Of a stretch of DNA of 64,000 bases, positions 9,738 to 19,364 are shown one piece after another. The notes beneath the pieces are model-generated. The model did no database searches. It saw nothing but the letters and a program-made list of their open reading frames with translations, and was not told where the DNA came from. The translations under genes were made by a program, and so were the position numbers. The stretch spans positions 21,972-85,971 of the forward strand of contig JABHZQ010000025.1 in NCBI GenBank assembly GCA_018656555.1, in the 5' to 3' direction. Numbering within the stretch: position 1 is the stretch's first letter; the number at the start of each line of letters is the position of its first letter. Origin of the DNA: an archaeon. Its GTDB lineage: Archaea; Nanobdellota; Nanobdellia; SCGC-AAA011-G17; GW2011-AR17.

Positions 9738-11959
9738 GCTGCTCTTTTTCCTAAACTTGAATAAGTGGTGGGTGTTGCTCTTGTTGCATTTTCTGCTTTT
9801 TCTTCTACTATTTGTGCAAGTTGAGTTATACTGACTCTTTCATTTGGTGCTAATGTTTCTTCTGCTTCTTCTTCTGCAGCTGCTTGAACATAACTTTCTG
9901 CTTCTCCTCTTAATCTACCAATTGTAGATTTTGATGCAGACATTCCAATACTAGATTCTAGAGCTGCAATTCTTTGATCATAGGTTAGTTCTTGATCTGC
10001 AATTATATTATAAGCCATTCCAATATCACCAGAGGATTTTAATGCTTCTTTATTGAATCTTGATACAACTTCTCCCCTAGATCTTGCATAGTTTACTGCT
10101 TCTACAACTTGATCTATTGAACCTGCACCTCTTGTACTATATTGTGAGAGTAAGTTTCCCATTCTTTCATTATAATCTATTTGGTCTGGAGTTAAGCTCA
10201 ATATTGAATTTGTATCTAAACTATAATCTGGAAGAGAGGTTAGGGTGAGTGCATTTTCTCTTTCTCTTAATGATTCTGCTAAGGTTTGTTCTAGGTTTCT
10301 TGAGTTTACTTCTCTTGATAATAATAACATTGCAATTTTTTCAATTTCATTTGGATTTTGTAATTGGGATAGTCTTTGCATACTTTCATAGATTTGATCT
10401 TCTGTAAGGTTTAGATCAATTTTTCCTGCAAGTAGATTTCTTAATGCTTTTGTATTTTTTGTAGAGTTATCTCCATGTTTACCATAACTAGATCCTAGTA
10501 CTTGAGGGTTATCTCCATGATTAAGTATTTCATACCTTAAATTTTCATTTGATCTTTTACCCATTGCATCAACATCATGTAAGACTCCAACTGCTGCAAA
10601 GGTGTTCCAAAGAGTTAATTCTAAATCTTCGGCTTTGATTGTGTGGGCCCCATAAACTTTTCCTTCAAATCCTTGGATTAGTTCTAAGATTTGTTGTTCT
10701 GTTAGATGGGTATCATAAATAGTTACTGTTGTTTCTTGGTCTTGAACTGTTAAACTATTGTTTTGAGGAGTTACTCCTTTGTTTCTGGTTGTGTTTTCTG
10801 CTATTTTTTCTTCAGGTAGTACTGGTGCTATTCCTCTAGCTACTGCAATTTCTCTTGCTTCTTGATCTGTTACTCTTTCTAATCCATAACCCCAAAGATC
10901 TCCAACCATTCCAATGAATCTTATTTTGTCATTTCTTGTTGCAGAGTCTATTTGTGTTTGGTAATCTAGTTTTTGTTGATCATCTAAGAATATAACTCCT
11001 TCTTGTTCTACAAGTCTTGCTATTAAAGTATCTTCTCTAGCTCTTGCTTCTAATTGGTCTCTATATCTTTCATTTCCTATAGAGGTAAGTACTCTTTCAT
11101 GATTATCATGAACATCTGTTCTTATTAATTCAGCTAAGAATTCGCTTATTTTTTGTGGATGAATATAATGTGAACTTACATTTCTTGCTCCAATAACATC
11201 TTCTGGAGCTTCTCCAAAGTATTCTATAAATCTAGATCTTAATGCTTCTCTTCTATCTTCAAGGGCTGCTGTTTGAATTCTTATATTTGTAGGAAGAAGT
11301 TCTTGCCAGTTTTCTCCATATTGGGCAAACATTTGTTCGAAAGTTGTGTTATCTCTTGTTTCTATATCTGCTATTGCTTCTTGTGTTCTTCTTTCTGTAA
11401 GTTCAACAAGTCTTTCATTTTCATCGAACATTCTTTGATATTCTAGAAATGCTCCTTCGTTTGCTTCTACTTTTTTTGCTCTTCTTGGTCTTTGGTCTCT
11501 TGTATCAAGAGTTAGAGCTAGTAGATATCTTCCAGTATCAAGGGAAATTTGATCTTCAGCTCTGTTTAATGCATCTAGATCTATGTTAATTTTTGCTAAT
11601 TTTTCTGATAGTTGATGTACTGAGTATCTGCTTGTTGAGTTGACAAACATTTCTTTTTCACTTTGTATAGATGAGATTGTTCTTACTAGATATTCCGGAC
11701 TTCTTTCTTGTAATCTTTGCATTTGGTCTAGAAGACTTAACCTTTTTAGTTCATGTTCTTCATATCTTTCAAGAATTTCTATTCTTTGAACAGTTGCACT
11801 TCTTCTAATGCTATCACTTTCTTCAGCAGGATCATATGAGACCATTTCTACTCTAACATCTTCATTAGAAGGTACTCTTTGTTCTGCAGCTGCTTCTGTT
11901 GCTAGAACTCCTGCTAGAATGCCTAATCCACTTGTTACAATTCTTCTTATATCCATCAA
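9734..11959 (-). CDS. Hypothetical protein with signal-peptide-like N-terminus, largely helical/coiled-coil
   Basis: 741-aa ORF; MMDIRRIVTSGLGILAGVLATEAAAE resembles a Sec signal; TATA-like CTTATAAA about 22 nt upstream on the minus strand; no family recognised. Confidence 0.7.
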   Translation of the reverse strand: MMDIRRIVTSGLGILAGVLATEAAAEQRVPSNEDVRVEMVSYDPAEESDSIRRSATVQRIEILERYEEHELKRLSLLDQMQRLQERSPEYLVRTISSIQSEKEMFVNSTSRYSVHQLSEKLAKINIDLDALNRAEDQISLDTGRYLLALTLDTRDQRPRRAKKVEANEGAFLEYQRMFDENERLVELTERRTQEAIADIETRDNTTFEQMFAQYGENWQELLPTNIRIQTAALEDRREALRSRFIEYFGEAPEDVIGARNVSSHYIHPQKISEFLAELIRTDVHDNHERVLTSIGNERYRDQLEARAREDTLIARLVEQEGVIFLDDQQKLDYQTQIDSATRNDKIRFIGMVGDLWGYGLERVTDQEAREIAVARGIAPVLPEEKIAENTTRNKGVTPQNNSLTVQDQETTVTIYDTHLTEQQILELIQGFEGKVYGAHTIKAEDLELTLWNTFAAVGVLHDVDAMGKRSNENLRYEILNHGDNPQVLGSSYGKHGDNSTKNTKALRNLLAGKIDLNLTEDQIYESMQRLSQLQNPNEIEKIAMLLLSREVNSRNLEQTLAESLRERENALTLTSLPDYSLDTNSILSLTPDQIDYNERMGNLLSQYSTRGAGSIDQVVEAVNYARSRGEVVSRFNKEALKSSGDIGMAYNIIADQELTYDQRIAALESSIGMSASKSTIGRLRGEAESYVQAAAEEEAEETLAPNERVSITQLAQIVEEKAENATRATPTTYSSLGKRAA

Positions 11960-12025
11960 CAGAAGGGTAGAAAGTTAGTTGTTTATAAGATTTATGATGC
12001 TATTTCTTTTAACTTAATAGTTTAA

Positions 12026-13147
12026 TTACCAAAGTCTTCTTCTTTGTTTTTCTTCTTTGAATCTTTGGTAATTGAATAGATGTCCTGAAATTGAAGCTCC
12101 AGAAACCATTGATGCGATTGCTTCGTGTAGTATATAATCTAAGGAGACAACATCTACATTTGGATAGCCTGAGAAATCATGAGAGATGGAGTCTGTTGTT
12201 ACTAGGTTTAATTTACCTTGTTTAAGTTTTTCAAGTGCATTGTCTGTTAAAACTGGGTGGGCCATTAGTGCATAGACTTGTTTTGCTCCTAATTCCATTA
12301 ATTGTGTTGCTGTTGTTATTAGGGTTCCACCAGAATCTATTATATCATCAGGGATAATAACAATTTTATCTTTTATTTGTTCTATAGGTAGATGAGAGTA
12401 TACTCTTAATCCTCCTACTTCTCCTGGTTTACTTCTGTCTTTTCCACAGTGTCCAAAGTAAACTATTCCCACATCTTCGCAGATTCCCATTACTAATCTT
12501 TCAGCACCTGCATCTGGAGAGAAACCTGCAAGTTGTGCTAATTTTTTCCCAAACTTTTTTTCTAGGTATTCAGAGAATACAACTCTTGTTGTTATTTCTT
12601 CTAATCCTCCTGCAGGGTAGATTGCAGCTAGTTGTCTGAAATGAGGTGAAACTGTGAGTATTTTTGCACCTTGAGATTGATAATTAGATACAATTCTGGA
12701 AAAGCCTCTAACTGAGAGGGGTTCTCTCTGGGGTTCTCCTGTAAGTGCATCTGTTGATTTGCTATCTTGTCTTTGGTAGGTTTGGTGGGGCATTACAAAT
12801 CTTATTGAACTAGCACCGGCTTGGCTTAATGCATCACCAATTATATCTGTTTTTGCTAGTTGACTGTCTGGGAGATAGAGATAATTACCCTCTTCTGGAC
12901 TTCCAGCCCACCTATCAGTTAAACTTAATGGTGAGATAAATACAAAAACATCCCTTCCCCTTACATTTGTATCAATTCTTATTTGATATTCTCTACTTCT
13001 AAATCTATTAACATAAAGATCATCTGGATTAAAGTCATTTAAACCATTTGGAATTTGTTTTTCAGTAAGAAGACCATGCACTTTGCCAGCAAGTTCTCTA
13101 GAAGCATAGTCTGCGAGAATTGTTACTTTTCTAAACTCATCTGACAT
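12026..13147 (-). CDS. prs: Ribose-phosphate pyrophosphokinase (divergent)
   Basis: NVRGRDVFV, YQRQD (cf. YARQDR), SPDAGA, PRPP-binding IIPDDIIDSGGTL, GAKQVYALMAH, VTTDSI. Confidence 0.9.
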   Translation of the reverse strand: MSDEFRKVTILADYASRELAGKVHGLLTEKQIPNGLNDFNPDDLYVNRFRSREYQIRIDTNVRGRDVFVFISPLSLTDRWAGSPEEGNYLYLPDSQLAKTDIIGDALSQAGASSIRFVMPHQTYQRQDSKSTDALTGEPQREPLSVRGFSRIVSNYQSQGAKILTVSPHFRQLAAIYPAGGLEEITTRVVFSEYLEKKFGKKLAQLAGFSPDAGAERLVMGICEDVGIVYFGHCGKDRSKPGEVGGLRVYSHLPIEQIKDKIVIIPDDIIDSGGTLITTATQLMELGAKQVYALMAHPVLTDNALEKLKQGKLNLVTTDSISHDFSGYPNVDVVSLDYILHEAIASMVSGASISGHLFNYQRFKEEKQRRRLW

Positions 13148-13201
13148 GGGATATATTCTAGTTTATTATTATATAAGAATTATTGTAATAAAAAAAGAAA
13201 A

Positions 13202-13477
13202 TTAAAGAAGCTGTTTAATCTTTTCGATATGTTCAGCAACTCTGTTTCCGTTTTCGGTTAAAGAAATGGTTTTAATTCTTCCTTGTTTTTCAAAACTGAC
13301 AAGCTTTGATTTTTCCATTTCTTGAAGTATTTTTACTGCGTGAGAATATGTACAATCCACTTCTTTGGCAAGAACACTTCCATATTTATTTTTATTACTT
13401 TGTCTTAGTGCTACTAATATCATAGCTGGTTTTTTTCTGAAGAAAACTTCGAATATTTCTTTATTTTTTTTAGACAT
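13202..13477 (-). CDS. Winged helix-turn-helix (MarR-like) transcriptional regulator
   Basis: LAKEVDCTYSHAVKILQEMEKSKLVSFEKQGRIKTISLTENG wHTH pattern; GGGGAGGG SD-like element upstream. Confidence 0.8.
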   Translation of the reverse strand: MSKKNKEIFEVFFRKKPAMILVALRQSNKNKYGSVLAKEVDCTYSHAVKILQEMEKSKLVSFEKQGRIKTISLTENGNRVAEHIEKIKQLL

Positions 13478-13622
13478 TTTTTTACCCTCCCCTATGTGCT
13501 CACCTGCTTTTTACTCTCTTTTACAGATAGGAAACTTATGTTGATATTTAAAGCTTGTGTTGTAATTATTGAAAAGTAGTCTTTTCAAAATGTTTAAAAA
13601 GAAAGCTCTGTTTGTTATTCTT

Positions 13623-14894
13623 ATGTTAGAACCTAAATTTATAAGGGAGAATGTGGCCTTTTTAAAGAAGGATTTCAAAAGAAGGAAGGATAATTCTATT
13701 TTGAAGGCCTTGGATAGTTTTATAGTTCTCGACGAGGAAATAAGGAAATTAAAGGTTGAAGTTGATGACTTGAGAAGAAAAAGGAATGAGTATTCTCAAC
13801 AAGTCAATAAGCTTAGAAAAGAGGGAAAGAGTATAGACTCTATTTTGAAGAAGGTTAAGGCTATTCCAGATAAGATTAGGGCTAAGGAGCTGGAATATGC
13901 TGAGAAGGAGAAGGAATTGGCTAGAGTTCATTCTAAATTGCCTAATCCTATGCATAAGGATGTGGAATATGGGAAGAATGATGAAGATAATGTTGAATTG
14001 AAGAAATGGGGTAAGATTCCCAAGTTTGATTTTGAAATTAAGAACCATATTGAGATTTTAGAGAATTTGGGGTTGGTTGATTTTGATATTTCTGCTACCT
14101 TATCAGGTAATGGTTATTATGTATTGAAAGGGGATTTGGCTTTGTTGAATCAAGCAATATTACAATATGCTATTGATTTTATGAACAAAAGAGGATATAC
14201 TTATGTTGAACCTCCTTTGATGATAAGGAAAGATATTTTATTTGCAGCATTGGATCAGGGAGAATTTGATAATAGTATTTATGCAATTGAAGGGGAAGAT
14301 CTTTGTATGATTGGAACTTCAGAACATCCAATTTTGGGTTTACATACAAGGGATATTATTGATGAAGGAGATCTACCTAAGAAATATTTTTCTTATACTA
14401 TGTGTTTTAGGAAAGAGATTGGAAGTCATGGTATTAATGAGAAGGGGTTATGGAGAACTCATCAGTTTAACAAAGTAGAACAGTTTATTTTTTGTGAACC
14501 AGATAAGAGTTGGGAGATGTTTGATGAATTGTTAAAGAACAAAGAGGATTTTTTTCAAAGTTTAGAAATACCTTATAGGTTGGTTAGTTCTTGTACTGGT
14601 GATTTAAGTGTGTGGAAAGCAAAGATGATTGATTTGGAGGCTTGGAGACCAACCACAAAAGATTATGGTGAATTAACTTCATTGAGTAATTGTTTATCTT
14701 ACCAAGCTCAGTCTTTGGGGATTAAATTAAGAAGGAAAGATGGAACTAAGGAGTTAGTACACACTTTGAATAATACTTGTGTTGCTACTTCAAGAGCTTT
14801 GGTTGCAATTGTTGAGAATTTTCAACAGAAAGATGGTTCTATTAAGGTGCCTAAAGTTTTAGTGAAGTATTTGGGTAAGAAGGTTATTAAGTAG
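13623..14894 (+). CDS. serS: Serine--tRNA ligase
   Basis: N-terminal coiled-coil arm, LPNP, IGTSEHP, motif 2 FRKEIG..RTHQFNKVEQF, motif 3 HTLNNT..ATSRALVAIVEN. Start moved to ATG 13623, 22 nt after TTTAAAAA (13593-13600). Confidence 0.97.
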   Translation: MLEPKFIRENVAFLKKDFKRRKDNSILKALDSFIVLDEEIRKLKVEVDDLRRKRNEYSQQVNKLRKEGKSIDSILKKVKAIPDKIRAKELEYAEKEKELARVHSKLPNPMHKDVEYGKNDEDNVELKKWGKIPKFDFEIKNHIEILENLGLVDFDISATLSGNGYYVLKGDLALLNQAILQYAIDFMNKRGYTYVEPPLMIRKDILFAALDQGEFDNSIYAIEGEDLCMIGTSEHPILGLHTRDIIDEGDLPKKYFSYTMCFRKEIGSHGINEKGLWRTHQFNKVEQFIFCEPDKSWEMFDELLKNKEDFFQSLEIPYRLVSSCTGDLSVWKAKMIDLEAWRPTTKDYGELTSLSNCLSYQAQSLGIKLRRKDGTKELVHTLNNTCVATSRALVAIVENFQQKDGSIKVPKVLVKYLGKKVIK

Positions 14895-14932
14895 TTCTTA
14901 AGGACGGGTGGAAAAATCAAGTATTTTTTCAA

Positions 14933-16258
14933 TTATTCTTCTAAGACTTTTAGCTCATTATGAGTATAATCTGCTGGTTTATCTTTTTTATTATATGCTT
15001 CTCTAAAATTTTTATAGAAATCTGTTTTTGCAAGCATATTTAAGAATTTGGATTTTAATTGTTGATTTGCAAGAGCATATTTTGTTGGAGGAAGTTTTAA
15101 TAAAAATCCAACAAATTTCTTTAAAATATCATGAGTAATTGAACGCTCACCATCAAAAAGATAATTTTGTAATCTATTTTTATCTATTGCTTCAAGAATC
15201 ATTAATTCGAAATTATCTTTGGGAACAGGACTAATTTTTTCTTTTCTAATCATGTTTAAGTTGTTATTTGGACAAGAATTAACACAAACTGCACAACCAA
15301 TACAAATATTTTTGTTTATCTTAATATATTTATTCTTACTATTATTAATTTTTATTGCGTCAACTGGACATTTTTCAATACAAACTTCACAAAGAGTACA
15401 ATTTTTCATTGAATTTTTTGCAACAAAATTACTAGTAAGATCTATTCCTGCCCTATATCTTTTATAAAATCCTATTGCTTCACAACAACAAGAACAACAA
15501 TTACATATCCAATTTACGTTTTCTTGAACATTATCACCTATTTGAACAAGTCCTAATTTAATGCATTTATTTAAGTTTTCAAGTGCTTTTTTTTTAGATA
15601 TTTTTTTAGCAATTCCATGTTTATGTAAACTCTCTGCAGCTTTATTAAAAGACATACAAGTATTTTGAGGAAAATCACATTTTTTCCCTTCGTGTTCTTT
15701 TTTATGTCTACAGTAACATCTACCAAGAGTTATACAGCTAGAATTGGAAATAATCTTTTTAGCTTTTTCATAATCTAATATTAATGTTTTTGGTTTAATT
15801 GTATCTTCTTGAACAAAGACCCTGTAAAATAAAGGATATACACTAATTCCTTTTTTTAAATATTCGTCATCTTTATCAAGATAACTTGCCAACAGTTCAG
15901 ATAAAACTTGTTCATTAAATTTTCCATCAGTTCTCATTAAAGCTAATTCAAAAAATCCTACCATTGGTGGTGCTAAAAAATAATAATGTTCTTTTCCATT
16001 ATATAAGTCTAATAATAAACCTTTATCGGCCATCTGATTTAATTCTTTCTTTGTTTCAATTTTATTTTTTTTCCAGAGCTTACTTGCATCTTTAACAGTA
16101 AAAATATTTAATGGAAGAAGGGCAGCATCTTTAGCTTCTTTTTCAGAAAACAACATTTTAAGAATTTCAAATAGAATTTTACTTTCTGGAGCAGATTGGG
16201 GATTCTCATCAAGCCTTTTTTGCAGATTATAATATGCTTTTGATGTTAAATGTCCCAT
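14933..16258 (-). CDS. 4Fe-4S dicluster domain-containing protein (bacterial type)
   Basis: CTLCEVCIEKCP and CIGCAVCVNSCP ferredoxin motifs plus CRCYC and ICNCCSCCC Cys clusters. Confidence 0.85.
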   Translation of the reverse strand: MGHLTSKAYYNLQKRLDENPQSAPESKILFEILKMLFSEKEAKDAALLPLNIFTVKDASKLWKKNKIETKKELNQMADKGLLLDLYNGKEHYYFLAPPMVGFFELALMRTDGKFNEQVLSELLASYLDKDDEYLKKGISVYPLFYRVFVQEDTIKPKTLILDYEKAKKIISNSSCITLGRCYCRHKKEHEGKKCDFPQNTCMSFNKAAESLHKHGIAKKISKKKALENLNKCIKLGLVQIGDNVQENVNWICNCCSCCCEAIGFYKRYRAGIDLTSNFVAKNSMKNCTLCEVCIEKCPVDAIKINNSKNKYIKINKNICIGCAVCVNSCPNNNLNMIRKEKISPVPKDNFELMILEAIDKNRLQNYLFDGERSITHDILKKFVGFLLKLPPTKYALANQQLKSKFLNMLAKTDFYKNFREAYNKKDKPADYTHNELKVLEE

Positions 16259-16479
16259 AATTTAAATGGGCATTATTTATTTATAAATGTTTTTAATACT
16301 AATTTTGGGGGAAGATTATTTCTAATAAAAATTTTAAAACTGAAAGTTTTGACTATCTGTTCTGAAAGGGCTAAGAGCGTGCACGTTTTTAAAACTCAAA
16401 CTCAATTGAACCTAATTCTGTCGTGTTCTTCTAATGTTTAATAGGAAGGTTTATAAACACTCAAGAGTAGTAAAAATAT

Positions 16480-17067
16480 ATGAAATTTTTAGCTGTTGGG
16501 GATATACATGGAGATGTTGATTTGGCTAAGGAATTGGCTAAACAGGCTAGTGAGGAAAAGGTTGATTTTGTAGTTATTTGTGGAGATATATCTAATTCTG
16601 ATGATAATTTTCAAGGGGTTATGGGTTTATTTAAGCAGAAGGTGTTTTTAGTTCCTGGAAATCATGATTCTGAAGCAACTATTGAATTTTTAGCTGAAAT
16701 GTATAAAGGAAAGAATTTGGAAGGTTATGGTTATAAGATGGGAGATGTGGGTTTGTTTGGTTGTGGTTCTGTTAATTTGGGTTTATTCCAAAAGAGTGAG
16801 AATGAAATCTTTGATTTGTTGGGAAGAGGTGCTAAGTATATTAGTGAATGTAGGAAAAAGATTTTAGTTAGTCATGTTCATCCAGCTAATTCTAAGATGG
16901 AAAATTTTGGTTGGGAAGGAAGTAAGGGGTTAAGAGGAGCTATTGATAAATTTAAACCTGATTTTGTTTTATGCTCTCATTTACATGAGGCTGAAGGTAT
17001 TGAAGAGATGATTGGCGATACTAAAGTTATTAATGTGGGTAGAAAGGGTAAAATTATAGAAGTTTAG
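16480..17067 (+). CDS. Metallophosphoesterase (calcineurin-like)
   Basis: GDIHG, CGD, PGNHD, SHVHP, SHLHE motifs; TTTATAAA 22 nt upstream. Confidence 0.9.
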   Translation: MKFLAVGDIHGDVDLAKELAKQASEEKVDFVVICGDISNSDDNFQGVMGLFKQKVFLVPGNHDSEATIEFLAEMYKGKNLEGYGYKMGDVGLFGCGSVNLGLFQKSENEIFDLLGRGAKYISECRKKILVSHVHPANSKMENFGWEGSKGLRGAIDKFKPDFVLCSHLHEAEGIEEMIGDTKVINVGRKGKIIEV

Positions 17068-17075
17068 AAAAAAAT

Positions 17076-17116
17076 AAAAGGCGTGATCAAAAGGGGGAGG
17101 TGTGATCACCTTTTTT
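17076..17116. other. GC-rich stem-loop (possible bidirectional terminator or small RNA); loop carries GGGGGAGGTG / CACCTCCCCC
   Basis: GTGATCA 17083-17089 pairs with TGATCAC 17103-17109; A-run on the left and T-run on the right. Confidence 0.6.
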
Positions 17117-17140
17117 CTTAATATTAGATATCTTATAGTG

Positions 17141-17150
17141 GTTTATAAAC
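17141..17150. promoter_or_regulatory. Palindromic TATA box GTTTATAAAC with no assigned CDS
   Basis: Perfect palindrome; topA already has its own TATA at 17194-17202. Confidence 0.45.
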
Positions 17151-17224
17151 AAAAGGAATAGAAAATATAGATTAGAGCTCTATATTTGGAAACTTTTAAA
17201 TAAGGTTTGAGATTTTTGATAGTG

Positions 17225-19333
17225 ATGACTACACTTATTATAGCAGAAAAGCCAAGTGCTGCAAAGAAAATTGCAGAGGCTTTAGCAGATGGTAAAGTAG
17301 AGAAGAATATCTATATGAAGAAAATACCTTATTATGATATAACTTACAAAAAAAAGAAAATCTATGTTGTTTGTGCTGTGGGTCATTTGTATAATCTAGT
17401 GGAGAGAGAAAAAAAAGGTTGGATTTATCCTGTTTTTGATATTAAATGGGATGAAGCACATAAGATTTCTAAGGGTTCTGCTTTTACTAAGAATTATTTA
17501 GCTTTAATTAAAAAATTAGCTAAAGAATGTAAAGAATTTGTTGTGGCTACAGATTATGATGTTGAAGGAGAGGTTATTGGGTATAATATTGTTAAATATG
17601 CATGTAAAAAAGATGATGCAGAAAGAATGAAGTTTTCTACAACAACTAAAGAGGATTTATTAGATGCTTATGATAAGAGAGAGAAACATCTGGATATTGG
17701 GCAAGCAATGGCTGGGGATACTAGACATCATTTAGATCATTTTTTTGGAATTAATTTATCTAGAGCTTTGACATTATCAGTAAAAAATGCAACCGGTACG
17801 TTTAAGGTTTTATCTAGTGGTCGGGTTCAGGGACCAGCTTTGAAAACTTTGGCTGAAAGAGAATTAGAAATTAATAAATTTGTTCCTGTCCCTTATTGGG
17901 AGATTGAATTGGCTTGTGAGGAATTGAGTGCTTGGCATGAGAAAGGGAAATTTGATGAAAGGAAGAAAGCTGAGGAAATTGTTAAAAAATGTAAAGGTAA
18001 GAAAGCTATTGTTGAAAAAATAGAAAAGAAAAAGTTTAAGCAAGCACCACCAAATCCTTTTGATTTAACTTCTTTGCAGATGGAAGTTTATAGAGTTTTT
18101 AGGATTCAACCTAAAGAGTGTTTGGCTATTGCTCAAGAGCTTTATACTAATTCTTATATTTCATATCCAAGAACTTCTAGTAATCAATTATCTGAAAAAT
18201 TAGGGTTTAAAAAAATCTTGGGAAAGTTAGCTCAACAGAAATGGTATAAACCTTTATGTGATGAATTGGTGAAGGGTAAATTAAAACCAAATAATGGTAA
18301 GAAAACAGATCCAGCTCACCCAGCTATTTATCCTACTGGAGAAGTTCCACAAGGTATTGAAGGTAGAGAGAAAAAGGTTTATGATTTGATTGTTAAGAGA
18401 TTTATGGCTACTTTTGCTGAGCCGGCTTTGAAGGAAACGGTGAATGTTAAAATTGATGTTAATAAAGAAAAGTTTTTGGGTAAAGGTACTAGAACTTTGG
18501 ATGAAGGATGGCATAAATATTATGATCCTTATGTGAAGAAAGATGAAGTTGTGATTGATGTTACTGAAAAACAGGAATTGAAGATTAAGGAGTTGTTCTT
18601 ACATGATAAGGAGACTCAACCACCAAGGAGATATACTCCTGCTTCTATAATTAAGGAATTGGAGAAAAGGAATTTAGGAACTAAGGCAACTAGGTCTGAG
18701 ATTATTGAGCATTTATTTATGAGGAATTATTTGAAGAGAAATGGAAGTATTGAAGTTACTGATTTAGGTTTAGAAACTGTTAGGGTTTTAGAGAAGTATT
18801 GTTCTGATGTTTTAGATGCTGAGTTAACTAGGGGATTTGAAGAGGATATGGAGAAGGTTAGATCTGGTAAGGTCAAGGAGAAGAAGGTTTTGGATGATGC
18901 TCAGAAGTTTTTAACTAAGGTTTTGGCTAAGTTTAAGAAAAAGGAGAAAGAAATTGGGCAAGAGTTGTATGAGTCATATAAAGAAACACAGAAAGTGGAG
19001 AGTTTTGTTATGAAATGTAAGTGTGGAGGGAATCAAAAGATAACTTATTCTCCTCGGTTTAAGAGTTATTTTATTGCTTGTAGTACTTATCCTGAATGTA
19101 AGATAACACATTCTTTACCAAGAGGATTTTTGGCTAAGAGTTCAGATAAGGTTTGTAAGGAATGTGGATTTCCAGAGGTTATGTTAATTTCTAAAGGGAA
19201 AAGGCCTTGGGCTTACTGTATTAATCATGATTGTCCTCAGAAGGTGGCTTGGAGAAAGGAGCATCCTGAGTATTTTGCTAAAAAAGAAGTTAAGGAAAAA
19301 GTTGTTAAGAAAAAAGTTAAGAAGAAGAAATAG
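17225..19333 (+). CDS. topA: DNA topoisomerase I (type IA)
   Basis: TOPRIM LIIAEKPSAA, ATDYDVEGE, SSGRVQGP, active-site YISYPRTSS, LGTKATR, C-terminal Zn ribbons. Start moved to ATG 17225, 22 nt after TTTTAAATA. Confidence 0.97.
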   Translation: MTTLIIAEKPSAAKKIAEALADGKVEKNIYMKKIPYYDITYKKKKIYVVCAVGHLYNLVEREKKGWIYPVFDIKWDEAHKISKGSAFTKNYLALIKKLAKECKEFVVATDYDVEGEVIGYNIVKYACKKDDAERMKFSTTTKEDLLDAYDKREKHLDIGQAMAGDTRHHLDHFFGINLSRALTLSVKNATGTFKVLSSGRVQGPALKTLAERELEINKFVPVPYWEIELACEELSAWHEKGKFDERKKAEEIVKKCKGKKAIVEKIEKKKFKQAPPNPFDLTSLQMEVYRVFRIQPKECLAIAQELYTNSYISYPRTSSNQLSEKLGFKKILGKLAQQKWYKPLCDELVKGKLKPNNGKKTDPAHPAIYPTGEVPQGIEGREKKVYDLIVKRFMATFAEPALKETVNVKIDVNKEKFLGKGTRTLDEGWHKYYDPYVKKDEVVIDVTEKQELKIKELFLHDKETQPPRRYTPASIIKELEKRNLGTKATRSEIIEHLFMRNYLKRNGSIEVTDLGLETVRVLEKYCSDVLDAELTRGFEEDMEKVRSGKVKEKKVLDDAQKFLTKVLAKFKKKEKEIGQELYESYKETQKVESFVMKCKCGGNQKITYSPRFKSYFIACSTYPECKITHSLPRGFLAKSSDKVCKECGFPEVMLISKGKRPWAYCINHDCPQKVAWRKEHPEYFAKKEVKEKVVKKKVKKKK

Positions 19334-19364
19334 ATTTATATACTAGTTTTATATTTTTGTATTT

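Noticed and set aside
16250-16441. 63-aa ORF in the intergenic gap
   Set aside because: Overlaps the Fe-S gene start, has no recognisable motif and no properly spaced TATA or SD.
17093-17110. 16S rRNA gene fragment
   Set aside because: Only a 7-10-nt match to the 16S tail; no other rRNA sequence or GC-rich stretch nearby.
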